From IMG/VR virus record IMGVR_UViG_3300042291_001568, positions 32,001-96,000 of that record: DNA of 64,000 nucleotides; one strand, 5' to 3'. The notes under the pieces were generated by a model. That model saw nothing but the letters and a program-made list of their open reading frames with translations. It did not search any database and was not told the origin of the DNA. Made by a program: the position numbers and the translations under genes. Shown here piece by piece: positions 41,522-51,900 of this stretch. How positions within the stretch are numbered: the first letter of the stretch is position 1; each line of letters opens with the position of its first letter. Source of the stretch: a virus.

Positions 41522-43369
41522 GTGGACCGTATCAAGCAAATGCTCGACACAATTACAGAGCTGACCGATGAACAAGTCATCGAGCTGCAATCTGCTATTG
41601 TGTCAGAGTTCGAGACGGTCGAAGGCGAAGCTCCTACCACACAATCAGTAGATACCATGACTACACTTGCAGACATGCTTGACATCGTACGCGAAGAAGC
41701 GTCACGCCGGGAGGCTCTTGCACAAGAGCTGACCGCACGTGCGTCTGAAGCCGCAATGCGAGTCAAGGGCGAAGCAGAAGAAATGGACCCTGCAATGGAA
41801 GAAGAAACAGAAGCTCCTGCAATGGAAGAGGAAGAAATTCCAACTCCAGCAGAAGAAGAAGAAGAAGCTCCAATGGCAGAGGCATCAACTGCGACTGAGG
41901 AAGTAGCAGAACTTTCGACTACAGAAGTAGAAACAGCAGAAGTCGCTGTTGAGGCACCAGCACAAGTAGAACTTGTTGCCGATGTTTCAGTAGAAGCCGA
42001 AGCAAGCACAACACAAGAAAATTCAATTGCTCCAGAGGTGGAGCAGGAAGGCCAGGAGGCAGAAACAATGACCGCCGCCGTAGAAAACGAGAGCATGGAA
42101 GTAGAAATCCAAGCTCCAGCCGACCGTCGACCTATCCAGGTTACAGAAGCAGCTCCGGTGACAATCACCGCAGGTGCAGACATTCCAGGATACACGGCCG
42201 GTGCAAGCATCAGTGACGCTAACGAAGTTGCAGCAGCCATGTCTTCACGTTTGCACGGTCTTCGCCGTGTTAAGGGTGGCGACGGTGAGCAACACATCGT
42301 AGCATCATTCACAACACAGTATCCAGAGTCACGTGTTCTTTCACAGGACACAGACAGCAACGTAGCAAAGATTAAGGCACTCACTTCACCAGCAGCACTC
42401 GTTGCTTCCGGTGGCCATTCCACACCATTCGAGGTCAAGTATGACATCTTTGGTTTTGGAACAACTGAGCGCCCAATCCGCGACTCGCTTCCGCGCTTTT
42501 CGGCAGACCGTGGCGGTATCCGCTATATTCTTCCTCCAGTGCTCAGCGATTACGCAAACGCTGTTGACGTATGGACAGCTGCAAACGATGCAGCAGGTAC
42601 ACCAGACCCAGCAACAAAAGCAAGTTTGACAGTGTCAGCAGCAACAGAAACAACTGTTGCAACCGACGCAGTTACCTTGCAATTGAAGTTCGGTAACTTG
42701 ATGACACGTGCATACCCAGAGTTGATTGCTCGACACAACGAACTTGCTCTTGTACAGCACGCTCGCGAAGCTGAGCAGTATCTTGCAAGCAAGCTAACCG
42801 CAGGATCCACAGCAGTCACAAGCACCAGCCTCATCGGTGTTGCTCGCGACTTCTTGGTTCAAGTTGGCCGTTCAGCAACAGCAATGCGTAGCCGTCATCG
42901 TCTCGACCCAGCACAACAATTGCGAGTAATTGCTCCATCATGGATCAAAGACGCAATGGTTGCCGACCTTACGTTGGCAGCTCCTGGCGACAGCACAATG
43001 AGTGCAGCTGGTGAAATTGATGGATACCTCGCATCACGCGGCGTAAACATTACTTTCAGCTCCGACCTCAACGTCTTCGGCTCACAAGGCGCCGCAGCAA
43101 TGCTTGAGTTCCCAGACACATTCACATGGTACCTCTTCGCTGAAGGAACATTCTTGTTCCTTGACGGTGGAACATTGGACCTTGGAATCATCCGCGACTC
43201 TACTCTTGTAGGAACCAACGATTACAAAATGTTCGTTGAAACCTTTGAAGGTATTGCGAAGATGGGTGTTGAGTCACTCGTTGTTACCTCCACAATCAGC
43301 GTCAACGGCGTGGCAGCAGCCCTCCGTGACACAACTGGTGGAGCAACAGCCGCAGCAGTTGAGTACTAA
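41522..43369 (+). CDS. major capsid protein with N-terminal scaffold-like acidic region
   Basis: ALVASGG..TPFEVKYDIFG...RPIRDSLPRF.A.RGGI.Y; Glu/Ala-rich N-terminal 200 aa; strong SD. Confidence 0.9.
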   Translation: MDRIKQMLDTITELTDEQVIELQSAIVSEFETVEGEAPTTQSVDTMTTLADMLDIVREEASRREALAQELTARASEAAMRVKGEAEEMDPAMEEETEAPAMEEEEIPTPAEEEEEAPMAEASTATEEVAELSTTEVETAEVAVEAPAQVELVADVSVEAEASTTQENSIAPEVEQEGQEAETMTAAVENESMEVEIQAPADRRPIQVTEAAPVTITAGADIPGYTAGASISDANEVAAAMSSRLHGLRRVKGGDGEQHIVASFTTQYPESRVLSQDTDSNVAKIKALTSPAALVASGGHSTPFEVKYDIFGFGTTERPIRDSLPRFSADRGGIRYILPPVLSDYANAVDVWTAANDAAGTPDPATKASLTVSAATETTVATDAVTLQLKFGNLMTRAYPELIARHNELALVQHAREAEQYLASKLTAGSTAVTSTSLIGVARDFLVQVGRSATAMRSRHRLDPAQQLRVIAPSWIKDAMVADLTLAAPGDSTMSAAGEIDGYLASRGVNITFSSDLNVFGSQGAAAMLEFPDTFTWYLFAEGTFLFLDGGTLDLGIIRDSTLVGTNDYKMFVETFEGIAKMGVESLVVTSTISVNGVAAALRDTTGGATAAAVEY

Positions 43370-43393
43370 ACCATACTGATAGCGTATCGCGAC

Positions 43394-43419
43394 GGGGGTG
43401 CCCAGCAATGGGCATCCCC
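43394..43419 (+). terminator. hairpin terminator after the capsid gene
   Basis: GGGGGTGCCC-agcaat-GGGCATCCCC 10-bp stem. Confidence 0.65.
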
Positions 43420-43469
43420 AATGCGAGCAATTAAGCATCGTGAAGATTTTAGGTTAGGAACCAAAATAT

Positions 43470-44570
43470 ATGGCTTTTAGAGGAATTTTTCCGGCACCAA
43501 ACATTGAACCAACTGAATTTGGTCTATTTGCTGTAGCCAAACCTTCTGCACCTGCAGATGAAAAAATTGAAGACAAATGGACACGCGGATTTTCGCAAGA
43601 ATACGACACGCAGCCGAGCTATGTACGCACATGGGACGAAACATCGTCAACATCATATGTTGTAGCAGACAGGCATACGGCGCCTCTTTACAGAGAAATT
43701 AAGCCAATTTTTATTGAAGTAGAAGACTTCCACTCAACATTCAGTCTTACTGGTGAAGATCGCTTTGCGCGAGTTCTGTCGCAGCTCGAAGCTACTTCTC
43801 AAAAAGCGTTGGAATACGAACTTTGGGACGGTGAAATTGCTCTTGCCGAAGGTCTTCCAAATATGTTTTTGTCAAAGCCTGGCGTGACAGTGATTCACAA
43901 TGAAGCAGCGCACGGCAGTGCATACTCAGCTCGTAGAGCTCTTTCACTTCTTGAGCATTACGCAGGCGAGCAGTCGCCTGCCGGAGAGCACGGCGTGGTT
44001 CACTTGACACGCGATGCTTTTGTTTTGTTGACAAGTAACAATCAACTCTTTATGGACACTACAAACAAGCAGCATATGCAAACTGCTTCTGGTGCACCAG
44101 TCGTTATTGGCTCAGGCTACAGCGGCAACGGCCCACACGTTGCCATTAGCACTATTGCAGTTGCAACAAACGTTGCTACTATTGTTACTTCATCTGCTCA
44201 TTACATGAAAGTTGGAGAATCTTTCAAGGTAACTACAAACGCAGGTGGTACTGCATTTGACGGTACGTGGACAGTAAAAGCTGTGACAAACACCACAACT
44301 TTTACTGCAGATATCACTGCAGGCAATCAGTCAGCAACTGCAACAGCTGGATACGTCCAAATGCAAGGTGACGACGATACTAAGTGGATTTACATGACTG
44401 GGACTGTCCAAGCACATCTTGGAAAGTCTGAAGTAGTAAATGAAACTTTGGCACAGGGATATGATGTCTCTGGTAATGATAACGACATGAGGATTAAAGC
44501 AACTCGGGCAGCCGTAGCGTACTTTGATCCGTCAATTCACTTGACAATCAAAGTGGATTTGACAGCGTAG
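43470..44570 (+). CDS. putative capsid decoration/minor head protein with inserted beta-module
   Basis: Follows the MCP; PTEFGLFAVA N-terminus as in cluster B-like post-capsid genes; insert VATIVTSSAH...FDGTWTV...TTFT. Confidence 0.65.
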   Translation: MAFRGIFPAPNIEPTEFGLFAVAKPSAPADEKIEDKWTRGFSQEYDTQPSYVRTWDETSSTSYVVADRHTAPLYREIKPIFIEVEDFHSTFSLTGEDRFARVLSQLEATSQKALEYELWDGEIALAEGLPNMFLSKPGVTVIHNEAAHGSAYSARRALSLLEHYAGEQSPAGEHGVVHLTRDAFVLLTSNNQLFMDTTNKQHMQTASGAPVVIGSGYSGNGPHVAISTIAVATNVATIVTSSAHYMKVGESFKVTTNAGGTAFDGTWTVKAVTNTTTFTADITAGNQSATATAGYVQMQGDDDTKWIYMTGTVQAHLGKSEVVNETLAQGYDVSGNDNDMRIKATRAAVAYFDPSIHLTIKVDLTA

Positions 44571-44624
44571 AATGGACATTAACAAGTGACAAGCAACAAA
44601 ATATCTAACAAGGAGAAAGCTTAA

Positions 44625-45674
44625 ATGTCAACTCAAGACTACGCCGCGAGTATCCAGGGTGTATCAATTCGTGTGACACGTCTTGATGCCGCTGGCAGCT
44701 TGCTTAACAACCCAGGTGACAGTTACACGACGTCGGCATTTATGCGGATGTCGTTCACACCAGAATACGAGGAAGGCGATGAAATCACAGAAAAGTCAGC
44801 AAATGGCGTTATCTGTGTTTCGTACAAAGCACCTGACACTTTAAAGAGAGTAACTCTTGAAGTAGCCATTTGCGAGCCAGACCCAGAACTTACTAACCTT
44901 ATGTCCGGTGGTCTTTTGCTTCGCAAGAACCTTGGAACATTCGCGTCTGCTAACCGCCAATCAATCGGTTGGTCATCACCGGCAGTTGGAGATGATCCAT
45001 CTGGTAACGGCGTCGCAATTGAATGTTGGTCATTCGCAGTTAAGGATGGAAAGCGTGCAGCAACAATGCCGTACTTCCACTGGGTTTTCCCATACGTCAA
45101 GCTTCGTCAGTCAGGCGACCGCGTCATTGAAAACGGAATGCTTGCAACTACGTTTGAAGGATACGGCCTTGGCAATGAGGCATTCAACATGGGTCTCGAC
45201 AATCGCTGGGAATTCCCAGTTGCTACAGAGCGTCCATACTCGTATGCACGAAGCGAATGGGCACCGACCGGCCGCAAGGGCTTTTACGAATGGCACGCAG
45301 ATCTTACAAAAACGATCTCGAACAGCGCCCGTACTGGTTCAACAGCAACAATCACGACTTCATCAGCACATGGTTTCCGTGTAGGAGACAGCGTGACAAT
45401 TGCAGGTACAAACGGCAACACACCTCTTCATGGTACATACACCATTGCGACTGTACCAACAACAACAACATTCACCTACGCCACAACAACAACCGGAACA
45501 ATTACGTCCGCTGCTGATACTGGTACGGCACTTGTTCCTGCAAACAGTTGGGCAGTCACTGACTTCCTTTCGCAGGGTTCAACAACTACTTACAACACAC
45601 CTGGAAACGTGGACTACAACGCCGATGCCGCGATTGACTTTATCATCGCATCGTCAGACGATCCAACATCATAA
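44625..45674 (+). CDS. major tail (tube) protein
   Basis: IRVTRLDAAG...F..MSFTPEYEEGDEITEKSANG.IC...PD.LK....EV.ICEPDPEL; C-terminal beta-module. Confidence 0.88.
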   Translation: MSTQDYAASIQGVSIRVTRLDAAGSLLNNPGDSYTTSAFMRMSFTPEYEEGDEITEKSANGVICVSYKAPDTLKRVTLEVAICEPDPELTNLMSGGLLLRKNLGTFASANRQSIGWSSPAVGDDPSGNGVAIECWSFAVKDGKRAATMPYFHWVFPYVKLRQSGDRVIENGMLATTFEGYGLGNEAFNMGLDNRWEFPVATERPYSYARSEWAPTGRKGFYEWHADLTKTISNSARTGSTATITTSSAHGFRVGDSVTIAGTNGNTPLHGTYTIATVPTTTTFTYATTTTGTITSAADTGTALVPANSWAVTDFLSQGSTTTYNTPGNVDYNADAAIDFIIASSDDPTS

Positions 45675-45690
45675 GGAAAAAGCACGTAGA

Positions 45691-45743
45691 CAACGGACTG
45701 CGAGTTGCCTGTATAGAATTACAGTGTAACGCGCAGTCCGTTG
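45691..45743. other. long intergenic hairpin with TAGAAT in its loop
   Basis: Perfect 12-bp arms CAACGGACTGCG/CGCAGTCCGTTG plus inner GTTGC/GTAAC and CTGTA/TACAG. Confidence 0.7.
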
Positions 45744-45771
45744 AGCGTTCAGACAAAGACGAAAGGCCGCG

Positions 45772-47148
45772 ATGTCAAATCTGTGGATAACTCCAGAAGA
45801 ACTCGGCGACTACGCAGAATCAGAATACGCCTATGAAGCTGCAAAATCTGCTTCTAATCTTCTTTGGGCGTTGTCTGGTAGAAAGTACAGTGGAACTACT
45901 ACAGTAACTGAGCGCTATGTATGCGTCAACAGGTTGTATCGCTATGGCGCTTCGCTGCGAAATTCTTCTCCACAGCTTCTAAACGGTGAAGTGTACAACA
46001 TTCCAACAAATGATTTTGACTACATGTACGACACAACTTCTGACGGAAGCTCGGCCTCTCGGCGAGTAAAACTTAGAGGCAGGCCAGTTCAGACAATTCA
46101 TACTATTAGAAATGTTGCAGGCGACATTGTTGACCCATCTACTTATTATTTAGTAGACCACTCGACACTGCAAGCTACGGCAGGCCAAGCGTGGGTTCCT
46201 TGCGACATTGAAGTAACGTACTCGTATGGTATTGATCCTCCAACGCTTGGCAGAATGGCTGCAAGAACACTTGCACTCGAGTTTGCTAAATTGTGGAATG
46301 GCGCCGATGACTGCATTCTTCCACAAAGAGTGACGTCTATTTCTCGTCAAGGCGTGTCATACACCTTACTTGACAATCAAGACTTCATTGACGAAATGCG
46401 CACCGGACTGTATCCTGTTGACATTTTTTTAAAGTCTGTTAACCCCGACAATGCACGAGCCAAGGCACGTGTGTTTTCGCCAGACATTGCAAAAGCAAGA
46501 CGGTACACTCCTAAGGCTCTTAGAGAAGGCGTAAGTGAGTTAGACATTGCAGTGCCGGCAGCAACAACTGGAACTGCTTCATCTAGCGTTTCTTTAGCAT
46601 CGTTGAACGCTCAGTTTTTAGTAACTGAGGGAGGGTGGACGCCTTACGCGATTTTGCGAAGCTACTCAGAAAATAAGTCGGTAACACTAACTGGAGCAGT
46701 GACTACAGTTGACCCGACTCCTACAGCAATCAACTTAGCAACACGGTCAATAGTCTCTAACGTAGCAATAATGACTACATCCGCTGCTCATAATTTGTAC
46801 GTCGGAACATCAATAACAATTGCCAACGCACACGCTACTTTTAATGGAACGTACACCGTACTGAGCGTACTTAACTCTACAACATTTACCTACACAAAAA
46901 CTAACGCAAATATAGCGGAAGTAGCGTCGGCAGGAACAGTATCCGCAGCTAGTGACACTAGACTGGTGACTACTGTAGGATACGCCGACGCATATAGCGC
47001 TATCGGGAAAGTAGACCCAGGCACGTACGACGTGTATGCCGACAAGGGAACTGCGCCAAATATAGAAACCGTTCATATTGGGACTGGCAACCTCACAATA
47101 GCCTTGGCACCCACTGCGGTAACTGCTATCGTTATTGGAGGAAGTTAA
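45772..47148 (+). CDS. head-to-tail adaptor with C-terminal extension
   Basis: AASNLLWALSGRKYSG, LPQRVTSISRQGVSYT, RTGL..VD.FL..VNP. Confidence 0.8.
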   Translation: MSNLWITPEELGDYAESEYAYEAAKSASNLLWALSGRKYSGTTTVTERYVCVNRLYRYGASLRNSSPQLLNGEVYNIPTNDFDYMYDTTSDGSSASRRVKLRGRPVQTIHTIRNVAGDIVDPSTYYLVDHSTLQATAGQAWVPCDIEVTYSYGIDPPTLGRMAARTLALEFAKLWNGADDCILPQRVTSISRQGVSYTLLDNQDFIDEMRTGLYPVDIFLKSVNPDNARAKARVFSPDIAKARRYTPKALREGVSELDIAVPAATTGTASSSVSLASLNAQFLVTEGGWTPYAILRSYSENKSVTLTGAVTTVDPTPTAINLATRSIVSNVAIMTTSAAHNLYVGTSITIANAHATFNGTYTVLSVLNSTTFTYTKTNANIAEVASAGTVSAASDTRLVTTVGYADAYSAIGKVDPGTYDVYADKGTAPNIETVHIGTGNLTIALAPTAVTAIVIGGS

Positions 47149-47651
47149 TGCCAATAGTTGACACGACTACAATACCGAGCGAAGCAAAAAATGCAAAAGA
47201 CTTGCTTGATGGCGTTCTTGACACAATTGTTTCAGTGTTTAGCTCGTATAGCGTGCCCCTGCCGTCTCGTCAGTATTGGACAGTAGGCGAGCAAGCAATA
47301 GATTGCGAGCAGCTGACAGTTACTTTGATTCAGATATACTTAGGAGCGCCTGGCGACCAAGCATCAAGTCCTCAAAAATGTAACGTTCCTAGAAGCGCAG
47401 TAATGACTGTTTCTCTTGCTAGAGAAATACCGACTGTAGGGCAGAACGGAAGGCCACCGTCTTACGATAAAATAGCCCAGGCTGCAGAAATATCGGCAAT
47501 AGATGCGTGGGTCCTTATGGAGTCAATTAACGTATTAGATCAATGGGAGCCGGGATCTTTTGGCGTAGGAGTCATAGCCACCGTAGATATTCCACCCCCA
47601 GAAGGTGGATTCCAACTTGTAAACATGCAATTGACAATGGCGATTCCGTAA
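47148..47651 (+). CDS. putative neck/tail completion protein
   Basis: Position; LP.RQY...G....DCEQL.V pattern. Confidence 0.55.
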   Translation: MPIVDTTTIPSEAKNAKDLLDGVLDTIVSVFSSYSVPLPSRQYWTVGEQAIDCEQLTVTLIQIYLGAPGDQASSPQKCNVPRSAVMTVSLAREIPTVGQNGRPPSYDKIAQAAEISAIDAWVLMESINVLDQWEPGSFGVGVIATVDIPPPEGGFQLVNMQLTMAIP

Positions 47652-48049
47652 TGGCTGAATACACTAAAATCTATTACGTGTCAAATAAGCTGGGAACGTA
47701 CCAGTTGCTGAAGTCTCCTGTAGGTGATGTCGGAATCCATCTAATGAAGATTGGCGAAAAAATCAAATTTGCTGCAAAACGCCAAGTTGGAAAAAATACT
47801 GGACTTTTAGCAGCAAGTATCGGTATGTCGCAGTCGCTCACACCTACTGGGCAGCAAGTAAAAATTGGCTCTCCAGTGAGCTACGCTCTCGTCCACCACG
47901 AAGGATCTCGTCCGCATATGATTCGTGCAAATGGTGGAATGCTTAGATTTACTTCAAAAGGACGAGTGGTGTACCGCAGGGCAGTGATGCACCCAGGCAC
48001 TCGGCCAAACAGGTACTTGTCGGACCACCTGTGGTATGTGTACAGGTAA
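47651..48049 (+). CDS. HK97 gp10-like tail completion protein
   Basis: GKNTGLLAASI, YALVHHEGSRPH.IR, VMHPGTRPNRYL. Confidence 0.65.
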   Translation: MAEYTKIYYVSNKLGTYQLLKSPVGDVGIHLMKIGEKIKFAAKRQVGKNTGLLAASIGMSQSLTPTGQQVKIGSPVSYALVHHEGSRPHMIRANGGMLRFTSKGRVVYRRAVMHPGTRPNRYLSDHLWYVYR

Positions 48050-48117
48050 CTACCGCACATGTAGTATGATATATAAGTAATAGTCATAAAGACATTAACC
48101 AGATACGGAGAAAAAAC

Positions 48118-48471
48118 ATGGCAAGATACAAAGACTTTGGAAGCGGCAGCGACACACCGGCGCCACCGCTGACATTTAAGATCTATGATGAAGAGTTTTC
48201 TTGTAGAACAGAAATGCAAGGAAAAGCGCTTCTTGATTTGGTCGCCAAATCAACAGGAGCCTCGGACAATCCAGGCGAGTCAGCAAAAGTAATTTCAGAG
48301 TTTTTTGCTCTTGTTCTTTTGCCCGAAAGCAATGATCGTTTTAACGCGCTTACTAAAGACCCAGACCGCATTGTCACCGTAGAAACACTTGGTGAAATTG
48401 TTGGTTGGCTCGTGGAGCAGTATTCTGACCGCCCTACGCAACGGCCAGAGGTTTTGCCGAGTGGGCAATAG
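48118..48471 (+). CDS. tail assembly chaperone
   Basis: Two genes upstream of the tape measure; size and acidic helical composition. Confidence 0.7.
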   Translation: MARYKDFGSGSDTPAPPLTFKIYDEEFSCRTEMQGKALLDLVAKSTGASDNPGESAKVISEFFALVLLPESNDRFNALTKDPDRIVTVETLGEIVGWLVEQYSDRPTQRPEVLPSGQ

Positions 48472-48857
48472 ATCTTTGGCCGTACATCAATGGTAAAGCC
48501 TTAGTATCTGGCATTAGTCTAGGAAATCTAGACATGTCAGATATGGTCGATGTTCTCCACTATTTCTTTGAAACGGACTCGACTAGCCTAGTCTCTGGCG
48601 AACAGCAAGAAGCGCAGGACTCTGTGCGTACTGCAATCTACCGCACCTTTTACAATACTGAGTACAAGTACGGGACAAACAAAAATAAAAATAACAATCT
48701 ATTGCCGCCAGAGTATGACGAATTTGAAGACAAAGAATCTCTACCTAACGCATTTGATCCGTTAAAAGGCACAACTAAGAGCTATACCCCAAGTACGTCA
48801 TTTGATCCCGAGCTGGCTAAGCCTTTCGGCAGCATACTTGACGAGCCATTAAAATAG
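48429..48857 (+). CDS. tail assembly chaperone second frame (-1 frame open from 48429; first ATG at 48534)
   Basis: -1 frame reads FAEWAIDLWPYINGKALVSGISLGNLDMSDMVDVLHYFFE, with no ATG/GTG/TTG before 48534. Confidence 0.6.
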   Translation, partial: PPYATARGFAEWAIDLWPYINGKALVSGISLGNLDMSDMVDVLHYFFETDSTSLVSGEQQEAQDSVRTAIYRTFYNTEYKYGTNKNKNNNLLPPEYDEFEDKESLPNAFDPLKGTTKSYTPSTSFDPELAKPFGSILDEPLK

Positions 48858-48918
48858 GCATTCTTCTTTTGATTTAGAATAGCTATGAAGCATGACGCTG
48901 TGAAAGGAGGAAAATGAC

Positions 48919-51900
48919 GTGGCCGTTGTCGGTACCGCATATGTAGTTGTTCAAGCAATAACTACAGGCTTTACACAGCAAGTTCAGAACGCACTGCAAG
49001 GGCTTAATCAGCAGGGGTCAACATCTGGCAACTCTGTAGGCAAGTCATTTTCTAGAGGCGCAGCATCAGGGCTAAGTAGCGCTGATGATGCAGCGCTTGA
49101 ACTTTATAAACGTCTCAATTTACTAATTGAGAAAAGTTATGTTATGTCAGCGGCTGGCGTTGCATTAGCCCAGGTGTTATCTACAGTAGCCTCGGGTTTA
49201 GTAGTTTTAGTAGCGCAGGTTGGAGCAGCAGCGCCTGCGTTAATAGTTCTCCCAAGCATGTTTACAGCAATAGCGCAGGCTGCTATAACGATGAAAATGG
49301 CCTTTAAAGGCATAGGCGCCGCTGTCGGCAGTATAAATAAAGGCAGTAAAGGCGTAAGTCAAATGCCAGCGCTGCTCGAGGCAGCATCGGCTGCTAAGGA
49401 CAGGCTCACTAGGGCTAAACGATCCGTCATAAAAGCAGGCGAAAGGATAATTGAAGTCTACGACGACGAGCTTGAAAGAATCGAGCAGCTCAAGTTCAGT
49501 AGCGAAGGCGCAGCGCTTAGTCAAAAGAAAGCAGCGATAGAACTAGAAAAAGCAAGAGAGACTCTTGCTCGTGTTCAAGACCTTCCGCCGAACTCTCGCG
49601 CGCGCAGGTCTGCTGAACTTGCATTTGCTGAAGCTGACTTAAACTATAGACAAGCAGTAGACAGAAACAAAGATCTCTCCAAAGAAGTAGACAAAGTAAC
49701 GCAAAACGGGACCTTAAACAAAGACCAGCAAGTCAAAAACAGTAAAGCGTATAAAGACGCAGTAGAGGCTGAAACAGACGCAGTATACGAGAGAGAAAAA
49801 GCCCAAGAGGCAAAAAATAAAGCCGATGCGAAAGTTGCCAGTGGCGGAAGTGGCGGTGGAGCCGACCCGATGGCAGACCTCGGGGAATCAGCAAAAGAAT
49901 TTGCAAAATATCTTGCAAGTCTAAAACCACTAATTGACGATCTTAGAGTAAAAATACAAGATACTCTTTTTCCAAAGCTAAAAGATGCAATAGAGATTTT
50001 GGTTAAAAGCGGACTATTTGAGATACTCAATGAAAAATTAGCAGACACTGGTACTGCTATTGGCAACGCTGCCATAGACTTTGCAAAGCTTTTTAGCAAT
50101 CCTACAAACCTTAAAAACTTTAGCGATGTCCTAGACACTAACAACAGATCCATAGGAAAAATGGGAACTGTTATGGGCAACTTGGTGACTAGCTTTATTA
50201 CGCTTCTAGACGCTGCATCTCCTTTAATTGACAGATTTACTGACTGGGTAGTCGTTCTTACGGATGGCTGGAAAAAAACGTTAGACGCAAAGAATGCCTC
50301 CGGCGACTTGACCACTATGTTCAACAATGCCGGTGACGTTGCGGCACAGCTTGGCGACATATTTGGAAATCTTTTTGGCGCCATCATGAACATCGGTAAA
50401 GCAGCGACTGGTCCCGGCAGCGGCGGGCAATTGCTCTTCGACTTTTTAGAAGAGGCAACGGCAAAGTTTAAAGAATGGACTGGAGGAGCACTAAAAGACG
50501 GAAGTCTTGAGGCGTTCTTTAAGACTACAACTGAAAACTTTATAAAATTACTAGAAATTATTGGCATAGTAGTTGGCGCAATTTTAAAGACAGGCGATGA
50601 CCCAGGAGTTAGCAAATTCTTTGACAGCCTCAAGATAGCAGTTCAAACTCTTGCCGATGCTTTAGGCAAATTGTCAGAAGGCGGTATTGCTGAAGGATTC
50701 GGTAAGTTCATCGAAAATATGGCAGGATTTTTCGCAGCTACAGCAGAGTCCGGCAGCATTAAAACGTATTTTAGCGTACTTAACACCGCGCTTGGTTTGC
50801 TTGTTACCATTATGTCTACTCCAGCCTTCCAAACCTTATTTGGAGTACTCGCGACAGTGCATGGCGCGCGACTAGCTTTTAACAGGTTAGGCAAATCAGT
50901 AGACTTTGTCACTGGGTACATGAAAGGCGCTAAACTTAGCGCTCAGTTGTTTACCGGCAACTTTACCCAGGGCTTCAAGAATGCCTACAACGTCACTGGA
51001 AAGTTTTCTACAGCATTAAAGGCTGGAATTACACAGACTAAGGCGTATGAGAAAGCGCAAAAAATCTTGTGGGACGCCCAAAAGTACGGAAAAATGGCAT
51101 TTGATGGCGTCAAAGGCGCGTTGACCAAAATGGGCACTGCTATTAAAACCAGTACAATCTACACAAAACTTGCTGGAGCAGCTACTAAAGTGTGGGCCGG
51201 TATCCAAGCCGCGTTTAATGCAATCATGGCAGGAAACCCAATAGCTTTGATAATCATAGGAATTATTGCATTGATTGCAATTGTCATAATCATGTATAAA
51301 AAGTTTGAATGGTTCCGCGACTTTGTACACACAGTCTTTGACGCTCTCAAAACTGGGTTTAACGCTGTGTGGGAATTCATTAAAGTAATCGGCGAAAAAA
51401 TAGGTTCATTTTTTGCAGCAATCTGGGGCGGCATTAAAGACGCGTGGGACGCTGTGTGGCCTGTTCTTGTGATTGCGTTTAAGGTAGCCGTAGGCTTATT
51501 AATGCTTCCGTTTGTGCTTATGGGAATAGCTATAGCCGCAATATGGACTGCAATTAAAGTCGCGTTTGATTTAGTATGGCCGCTGATCTGGGGTGCAATT
51601 AAGTTTGCTTGGGAAAGCATCATTAAGCCAATCTTTGATCTAATGCTATCGCTCTTCACTACAGTATGGAATGGCATTAAGGCAGCATTTAATCTTGTAT
51701 GGGACGGCATTAAGTTTGCGATAGATCTTTACTGGAACTACTACATAAAGCCTATTTTTGACTTGATGCTTACCGTCTTTAAGCTCGCATGGGATGGAAT
51801 TAAAGCCGCATTTACTTTAGTATGGGACATAATTAAAGCAGCAATCAGCACAGGCTGGGGAATAATTAAGCCAATCTTTGAAGCCTTTGGTAAAATCTTT

